DNA of 64,000 bases from positions 1,256 through 65,255 of the forward strand of contig CAZZJI010000011.1 of NCBI GenBank assembly GCA_964654485.1. The letters run 5' to 3'. This DNA comes from an uncultured Gammaproteobacteria bacterium. Lineage in GTDB: Bacteria; Pseudomonadota; Gammaproteobacteria; SG8-11. The notes under the pieces were generated by a model, which was not told where the DNA came from, did not search any database, and saw only the letters and a list, made by a program, of their open reading frames with translations. Every line of letters starts with the position of its first letter. Positions within the stretch are counted from its first letter, which is position 1. A program made the position numbers and the translations under genes. Of the stretch, positions 58,288 through 64,000 are shown one piece after another.

Positions 58288-60558
58288 TTACTTTTTGTTT
58301 CGTTTGTTTGACTTGTTACCTGTTTTGTTTTTACTGGAGCGCTGTTTATCAGAAGATTTTTTATTCGAAGACTTTTTGCCTGAACCAACTAATTCAAAAT
58401 CAATTTTCCGATCATCCAGGTCGACACGCACCACTTTTACACGTAATTTATCCGCCAATCGATAAATCTGACGCGTACGCTCGCCATATAAACGATGATT
58501 TGCATGATCAAAATGGAAATAGTCTTCCCCTAACCCGGTGACGTGTACCAAACCCTCAACATATACCTCGGCCAGTTCCACGAACACACCAAAACTGGTC
58601 ACACCGGTAATAATGCCGTCGAATTCTTCATCGATTTTATCTTGCATGTATTCACATTTAAGCCAATCGATCGCATCACGGGTGGCTTCGTCAGCACGCC
58701 GTTCGGTGCTCGAACAATGCTTGCCAAAATAATCCATGTCATCGATGGCATAGTTAAAGGAACCTACCTTCTTACCCTGACACAGATGGCGCAATGCCCG
58801 ATGCACGAGTAAATCAGGATATCGACGAATCGGGGAAGTAAAATGCAGGTATTCTTCAAAAGCCAAACCAAAATGACCAATATTATCCGGTGTATATACT
58901 GCGCGGCTTAAACTGCGCAACAATACCGTTTGTATAAGATGATAGTCAACACGGTCTTTAGTCGCTTCGATGAGTTCCGCATAGTGGCCTGGCTGAGGAT
59001 CTTGCGCACCTTTAAGACTAAGCCCTAAACTACTGAGAAAATCGCGTAAATCCGCCAATTTTTCACTATTTGGCCCTTCATGCGTACGGAACAAGGTTGG
59101 AAAATCATGTTTGATTAAATAATTCGCCGCACAGACATTGGCCGCTATCATCATTTCCTCAATTAATTTATGCGCATCATTTCGTACCGTTGGAATAATA
59201 CATTCAATTTTTTTGTCTTCGCTGAAAATAATCTGCGTTTCCTGCGTATCGAAATCGATCGCGCCGCGCATGTCGCGTTGTTTTCTTAACGCTAGATATA
59301 ATTTATGTAATTGCTCAACTTGCGGTACCAATGCCTTATATTCTGTGCGCAACGATGCATCACCCTCAATAATCGCAGCGACTTTGGTGTAGGTAAAACG
59401 CGCATGCGACCGCATCAGGCCTTCAAAAAAACGATATTCAGTCACTTCCCCGGCTGCATTAATTTGCATTTCACACACCATGCATAATCGATCCACACCC
59501 GGGTTGATTGAACACAAACCATTGGAAAGAATTTCCGGTAACATCGGTATGACCCGGTTCGGAAAATAAACTGAATTTCCACGTTCGATAGCAGATTTGT
59601 CCAGGGCGCTGCCTGGCTTTACGTAATGCGATACATCCGCGATGGCAACCAGTAATTTCCAGCCATTGCCCTGTTTTTCACAATACTGTTCTTCACAATA
59701 CACGGCATCATCAAAATCCCTGGCATCCTCACCATCGATAGTGATTAACGGTAAATCTCGAATATCTTCCCGACCTTGTTTGGCGGAATCAGGTACCTCT
59801 GCCGTTTTAAACGACGTTAATTCTTTTTCGACGGCTTTGGGCCACGTTTGTGGTAAATCGTGATTCCGGATAGCAATATCGATTTCCATTCCAGGCGCCA
59901 TTCGGTCACCCAGTATTTCAACAATTTTACCAACAGGCTGGCGGTGGCGTGTCGGTGGATCAACTATTTCAACCGAAACGATCTGCCCTGATTTGGCCTT
60001 GCCAATGGCGTCCTGTGGCACCAGTATTTCCTGGGAGATGCGTTTATTCTCTGGAATAACAAATGCGATACCACTGTCAATATAGAAATGCCCCACAATT
60101 TGGGTTTTCGCGTGTTCAAGCACTTCAACAATGGCGCCTTCGCGACGGCCTTTGCGATCAATACCGGACACACGTGCAACGACGCGATCGCCATCCATGA
60201 CCGTCCTCATTTCGCGTGCGGAAATAAATAAATCGCTATCGCCATCATCCGGCACGAGAAAACCAAACCCATCAGGATGGCCGATGATCCGTCCATGTAC
60301 CAGATCCATTTTACTGACAACCCCATAACCATTACGCCGATTACGGATTAATTGCCCGTCCCGTTCCATTGCCCTTAGACGGTGCCGTAATGCTGTTAGC
60401 TCATTTTTTTCGCTAATATTAAGCGTTTGCTCCAGCTGTTTTGACGTCATCGGCGCACCATGTTCATCCAATACCTGCATGATGAGTTCACGGCTGGCGA
60501 TAGGGCTGTCGTATTTTTCGGCTTCCCGTTGCTCAAAAGGGTCTTTATACTTCTTCAT
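58288..60558 (-). CDS. rnr: Ribonuclease R
   Basis: It has an RNB catalytic domain, cold-shock-like N-terminal domains, an S1 domain and a basic K/S/N-rich tail. Length 756 aa. Confidence 0.95.
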   Translation of the reverse strand: MKKYKDPFEQREAEKYDSPIASRELIMQVLDEHGAPMTSKQLEQTLNISEKNELTALRHRLRAMERDGQLIRNRRNGYGVVSKMDLVHGRIIGHPDGFGFLVPDDGDSDLFISAREMRTVMDGDRVVARVSGIDRKGRREGAIVEVLEHAKTQIVGHFYIDSGIAFVIPENKRISQEILVPQDAIGKAKSGQIVSVEIVDPPTRHRQPVGKIVEILGDRMAPGMEIDIAIRNHDLPQTWPKAVEKELTSFKTAEVPDSAKQGREDIRDLPLITIDGEDARDFDDAVYCEEQYCEKQGNGWKLLVAIADVSHYVKPGSALDKSAIERGNSVYFPNRVIPMLPEILSNGLCSINPGVDRLCMVCEMQINAAGEVTEYRFFEGLMRSHARFTYTKVAAIIEGDASLRTEYKALVPQVEQLHKLYLALRKQRDMRGAIDFDTQETQIIFSEDKKIECIIPTVRNDAHKLIEEMMIAANVCAANYLIKHDFPTLFRTHEGPNSEKLADLRDFLSSLGLSLKGAQDPQPGHYAELIEATKDRVDYHLIQTVLLRSLSRAVYTPDNIGHFGLAFEEYLHFTSPIRRYPDLLVHRALRHLCQGKKVGSFNYAIDDMDYFGKHCSSTERRADEATRDAIDWLKCEYMQDKIDEEFDGIITGVTSFGVFVELAEVYVEGLVHVTGLGEDYFHFDHANHRLYGERTRQIYRLADKLRVKVVRVDLDDRKIDFELVGSGKKSSNKKSSDKQRSSKNKTGNKSNKRNKK

Positions 60559-60624
60559 AGAATGATTTATGTCGTGGAAAATTAGCGGATTATACAGAAA
60601 TACAGCACTAATTCTTCAATAACA

Positions 60625-60653
60625 TTGACTTTATTTAATCCACTAGGTAAATT
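60625..60653 (+). promoter_or_regulatory. Possible sigma-70 promoter of tRNA-Leu
   Basis: TTGACT-N17-TAAATT is followed by a GC-rich discriminator (tccgcg) about 35 nt upstream of the tRNA 5' end. This rests on motif resemblance only. Confidence 0.35.
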
Positions 60654-60692
60654 TCCGCGTTCCAGGTGTCAAAACCCGACTACCTGTGAATT

Positions 60693-60778
60693 GCCGAGGT
60701 GGTGAAATTGGTAGACACGCATGCTTCAGGTGCATGTGAGCTTTGCTCATGGAGGTTCAAGTCCTCTCCTCGGCACCA
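60693..60778 (+). tRNA. tRNA-Leu (anticodon CAG), class II with a long variable arm and encoded CCA
   Basis: The acceptor stem GCCGAGG/CCTCGGC is followed by A and CCA. The anticodon stem CATGC/GCATG carries the loop TTCAGGT, giving anticodon CAG. The variable arm is TGAGCTTTGCTCA and the T-loop is GGTTCAAGTCC. Confidence 0.9.
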
Positions 60779-60856
60779 TTTCAGCCCGCATGAACAGGCG
60801 ATCACGCAGACAATCCGTCCAAATCCATGAAAGGATACGAATCTTAACGCAGTAAT

Positions 60857-60888
60857 ATAAACAGCACTTTTGGAAAAGTGCTGTTTAT
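60857..60888. terminator. Perfect 15-bp inverted repeat, probably a bidirectional terminator between tRNA-Leu (+) and the minus-strand genes
   Basis: ATAAACAGCACTTTT-gg-AAAAGTGCTGTTTAT. The U-rich flanks lie within or next to the stem on both strands. Confidence 0.6.
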
Positions 60889-61163
60889 CCACTACCGAAT
60901 ATAACGGGAGAACCGCTGTACGTTAGCTCAAAACTACGAAGCTAAAGAGGTTAGTTTTACCCTGCTGGTTTAAGGTCATCGCGAATACAAAACCAAACTG
61001 TTTTATAGCCGACAACGAAGAGGCCATTATTATCGTAAATGGGCATCTCAAAGGGTGATAGAGAAGTACCTTCAGGACATGGGGCAACAATTTCGTCCAT
61101 TATACGTCTATTATAAGAGCGCGTGGCGCAGTTCTCCCATCAGCCAATTTAAGGGCCAGTTGC

Positions 61164-61919
61164 TTAGTCTCCACGTCCGTCATTATAGGTAAAATCATCG
61201 ACGAAATCGTCAAATTTAGATTTGACAGGGTCGCCATACAGCGCATACGAAAGATCCAATTTAGTGCCGAATACCTCTTCGCTTGGTGAGATAGATCCCT
61301 GGCCAAAGTGGGTCCACGTCGGTTCATGCGAAATATCTCGTCGACCGAGAAACCTAAAATCTTCGTGACCGTACTGGTTGTGAACAGTGAGTTCAATCCA
61401 GTAATATCGTTGTCCCTTAAGATAGGTCCTGTCGAAATCCACTGTGATTTTAATCTCTTCTCGATCGAAAAATATGCGGCCTGTTGGCGTTACCTCAACC
61501 TTAATTCCCTTGAGAACGTCTGTAATATCACCATTTGGTTCATTTTCTGCCATATCGTGCGCCCAGATTACAATTTCAACATCATCCTTCGAAACCGTGG
61601 CAGACTGGTTAACGAAAACACCAATAGTTTCAACTCGATTGATCCACCAGCCTCCCCCTGGAACATAAAAATCATCGAGGGTTGAGGAGTATTGTCCCCA
61701 GCCCAATGTTGCACTGCCATCCGTATCCCCATTGTTCCATAATTGATCAGCTCTGGCGCTGGAAGTACTAAAAACCAGCGTTAGTAGAGCCAGCAAGATT
61801 GTGAACATTATTTTTTGGGTTGTTTGAGTTAAGCCTCTATTTGCGGGTACTGGTGGTGCGAATATGGCCTGCAGTCGTGATGCCATCGGTATTATTTTAA
61901 TTTGGGGGTTTGTTCTCAT
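61164..61919 (-). CDS. Secreted hypothetical protein (beta-rich, unknown family)
   Basis: A strong SD (AAGGAG, 7 nt) precedes the ATG at 61919. The hydrophobic signal-like segment MFTILLALLTLVFSTSSARA starts at residue 38, so the start may instead be 61808. I recognise no motif. The protein ends …NDGRGD. Confidence 0.65.
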   Translation of the reverse strand: MRTNPQIKIIPMASRLQAIFAPPVPANRGLTQTTQKIMFTILLALLTLVFSTSSARADQLWNNGDTDGSATLGWGQYSSTLDDFYVPGGGWWINRVETIGVFVNQSATVSKDDVEIVIWAHDMAENEPNGDITDVLKGIKVEVTPTGRIFFDREEIKITVDFDRTYLKGQRYYWIELTVHNQYGHEDFRFLGRRDISHEPTWTHFGQGSISPSEEVFGTKLDLSYALYGDPVKSKFDDFVDDFTYNDGRGD

Positions 61920-62088
61920 TCTAAAGCTCCTTTATGTTTGAGTTTTTCTAAATTCGATAGCAGTGTAAACAACAACACCTTACAAATTGTTTGCAAAAAC
62001 GGATTCATATAATAAATTACGTAAAGCTATAAGATGTGCGGAGAAATGCGCTGTTATTGCAACATGGCATATAAATGGAGCAATAGAA

Positions 62089-64000
62089 TTACTTGGTCAC
62101 TTTTTCATCAGTTATTAGTATTCTTTCTTTGTGGATTTCATCTCCCAACAAGCTTGACAAGCTTGCGGAAGGCATTACTCCCATAACCCGGGATAACAAA
62201 CTACGGCATTCGTTATACACAGCAATTGCTTCCGGGTATCGCTTGAGTGAAATTAATAGCCTGATTTGCTCCTGATATATCTCTTCATCCAGCATATCTA
62301 GTTGAGTTGTTCTTTTCAGTAACACCAACGCCTTTTCATATTGCTGCTGTTCACAGAGATAACTGGCGCATAGCTTTAGACTGGCGAGTATTTTATTGTG
62401 CAACTCTCTGCTGTACTGGAAACACCAAACGTCATCTTGTTCATTTTCTAGAAATTTTCCGGTATATAAATTTAGCAAATTGTTTGCCCATTTCGATTGT
62501 TTTTGAGGCGCCCGTTTTTTGTGAATGGTATCCATAATTTTCGCGACATAGTATTTTGCAAGTCCGACATCGACCCAGACTACTTCAGGGTTTAATCCTA
62601 CATAACCATCTTTGACCCAGATGGATTTTGCACCGAGTAAATGTCTTAACCTATGTACATTAGTGTAAAGCGCTTGTAGCGATTCTGGACCATCCGCGTC
62701 CGGCCACAATTTCTCAGCCAAGCGGCGTTGGCTGATACGCCATATCCCAAAGGATAAAATGGCTCTTAATAGAACTAAGGGTTTGCGCTGGGATTTTCCG
62801 GTAAGAGGTAACGAGATGTGATTGATGACGATGCGAAAACTACTGAAAGTATGAATTTTTACTGGCCAATCCCAGTTTTCATATTCAATCAAATTGATGT
62901 TTACTTGTAGATTACGTTTTTTTATACAGTGGATGACATAGTTCGTGTTAATATTTTCTCTGAGCGCAAATTCATACAATAAAGAAATATTTTTCGCGTT
63001 CCACCAGGGATGACTTTCGAATCCTCTGAATTTTGCTAAATCTGTTGCTGTTTTCATACATTTTTTTGCTTCAGCATTATCGCCAATTTCAAGCGCGAGT
63101 TGGGATTCAAGCAAACTGCAACGATACAGATAGATATCGCTCTGCATTTTTTCACATTCTTTACGCGATAGTCTTAAATTGTCTTTCGCTTGTTTATGTT
63201 CTCCACGTGCGATCTGGATTTCCGCCAAGCCAAGTCGGTAGCCTGGAATGGCATAGGGCATGGTCATTTTGTTAATTTCAATCATGCAGAGTTTTTTGTT
63301 TTCAAGGGCGTCATCGAGATCTCCCTGAAAATATTCCAATTGACTGTACACATCATAATACATTGAAGCAATGAGTTGAGAGTCAGCGCCATTACGATGT
63401 GCAACGGTAGCTAACAAATTGTGTGTTTCCTCCAGCTCCATGTTGATAAGACAGGCATATGCTTTTTGTAAAAAAAGCAGATTGCACCAAAAATAAATAC
63501 CGCTGTCTTCAGCAATTTTCAACCCAGCATCAGCGGCTTGTTTCGCTTTGTCTGCATTACCATTCATCCAAGCGTTTAACGAGACCATGACATACCATGC
63601 ACCCTGACTGACCGGATTAGTTGCGCCGTTGAAGCCATCAATTTTAGTCACTTTAAGTATTTTTTCAGCCTTCTGTTTCTCTCCACTCCATAAGTATTGA
63701 TAAAATAAATTGACACCGACCAATACACGATGGTCATTGTTAAGTGTGATTTTTAAAATTTTCATAAGGTAACAGACATTTTTTTTCCACTTTTCAAGAT
63801 TTTTATGTGCTGGATTACTAAAAAGCAACGCCGTGTGCATGTTTGCTGACAATCTTGCTAACAACTCAATATTTTTTGGCTTAACATTCATGCTGTATTT
63901 TTCGGTCACTATATCAATCCAAGGGATCAATCTGTCGTAATAGTTGAAGCTGAAAATAATCGATTCCAGTATGCCGCAAATTGCACGATATTCGCCATTA
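62089..64000 (-). CDS. Large regulator, 5'-truncated by the window edge: TPR-like helical repeats followed by a C-terminal SARP-type winged-helix plus BTAD domain
   Basis: The reading frame stays open from the track's TTG (63930) to position 64000, so the N-terminus lies outside the window. The C-terminal part reads …RKPLVLLRAILSFGIWRISQRRLAEKLWPDADGPESLQALYTNVHRLRHLLG… (OmpR/SARP wHTH), then …LYTGKFLENEQDDVWCFQYSRELHNK…QYEKALVLLKRTTQLDMLDEEIYQEQIRLL…AIAVYNECRSLLSRVMGVMPS (BTAD). Confidence 0.75.
   Translation of the reverse strand, partial: NGEYRAICGILESIIFSFNYYDRLIPWIDIVTEKYSMNVKPKNIELLARLSANMHTALLFSNPAHKNLEKWKKNVCYLMKILKITLNNDHRVLVGVNLFYQYLWSGEKQKAEKILKVTKIDGFNGATNPVSQGAWYVMVSLNAWMNGNADKAKQAADAGLKIAEDSGIYFWCNLLFLQKAYACLINMELEETHNLLATVAHRNGADSQLIASMYYDVYSQLEYFQGDLDDALENKKLCMIEINKMTMPYAIPGYRLGLAEIQIARGEHKQAKDNLRLSRKECEKMQSDIYLYRCSLLESQLALEIGDNAEAKKCMKTATDLAKFRGFESHPWWNAKNISLLYEFALRENINTNYVIHCIKKRNLQVNINLIEYENWDWPVKIHTFSSFRIVINHISLPLTGKSQRKPLVLLRAILSFGIWRISQRRLAEKLWPDADGPESLQALYTNVHRLRHLLGAKSIWVKDGYVGLNPEVVWVDVGLAKYYVAKIMDTIHKKRAPQKQSKWANNLLNLYTGKFLENEQDDVWCFQYSRELHNKILASLKLCASYLCEQQQYEKALVLLKRTTQLDMLDEEIYQEQIRLLISLKRYPEAIAVYNECRSLLSRVMGVMPSASLSSLLGDEIHKERILITDEKVTK

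Noticed and set aside
60680-60892. A 70-aa minus-strand ORF.
   Set aside because: It overlaps the tRNA-Leu gene and the inverted-repeat terminator.
60957-61100. A 47-aa minus-strand ORF (MDEIVAPCPEGTSLSPFEMPIYDNNGLFVVGYKTVWFCIRDDLKPAG) just downstream of the secreted-protein gene.
   Set aside because: No SD is recognisable upstream of its ATG, and I recognise no motif. It could be real, but the sequence alone does not support calling it. Ribosome profiling or conservation analysis would be needed.
61100-61396. A 98-aa minus-strand ORF.
   Set aside because: It is almost fully nested, in another frame, within the better-supported 251-aa gene (61164-61919), which has a consensus SD.
61990-62010. 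A TGTAAG…TTTACA element in the regulator/secreted-protein spacer, resembling a GacA/UvrY box.
   Set aside because: The half-sites are separated by 9 nt rather than the 6 nt of the TGTAAGN6CTTACA consensus, and the second half-site is imperfect. The resemblance is probably chance in AT-rich DNA.

Overview
This is an AT-rich gammaproteobacterial chromosome segment, and most of it is conserved housekeeping synteny. The minus strand carries rpsB-tsf-pyrH-frr-uppS-cdsA-dxr-rseP-bamA-skp-lpxD-fabZ-lpxA-lpxB-rnhB ... dnaE, and further along rnr-rlmB-rpsF-rpsR-(membrane protein)-rplI-dnaB-alr-radA. The plus strand carries map-glnD, cysB and dapC-dapD-dapE. The left end holds a proteolysis and stress group: tldD/pmbA, pepN, an HtrA-family protease and an Hsp20. 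One tRNA-Leu(CAG) is present. I saw no rRNA, CRISPR array, transposase or integrase.

The most unusual region is 12.8-15.9 kb. A module is duplicated there: a conserved box, an intrinsic terminator, then a tandem array of about 26-nt sub-units. On the + strand, 11 of these sub-units form small hairpins whose loops display GGA inside a CANGGANG context, which is the CsrA/RsmA-binding signature. Two alternating unit types differ by fully compensated base-pair changes, so a folded RNA appears to be under selection. I read this as a candidate Csr/Rsm-type decoy RNA locus with an atypical layout. It lies directly upstream of, and in the same orientation as, a two-gene operon for a secreted beta-helix/FN3 protein (with a Cys-containing C-terminal anchor-like module) and a small beta-barrel OMP. 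A GGDEF-EAL sensor gene follows.

Other points worth a second look:
- Two tiny, translationally coupled ORFs lie upstream of a CBS-domain gene.
- A secreted vWA protein is coupled to a membrane-anchored coiled-coil protein.
- Ribosomal proteins S2 and S6 carry long low-complexity C-terminal extensions.
- A nuclease and a nitroreductase gene are inserted between rnhB and dnaE.
- A segment next to the tRNA encodes a TPR regulator with a C-terminal SARP-type wHTH-BTAD module (truncated by the window edge) and a secreted protein of unknown function.

All calls come from reading the sequence and ORF translations. No database search was run.
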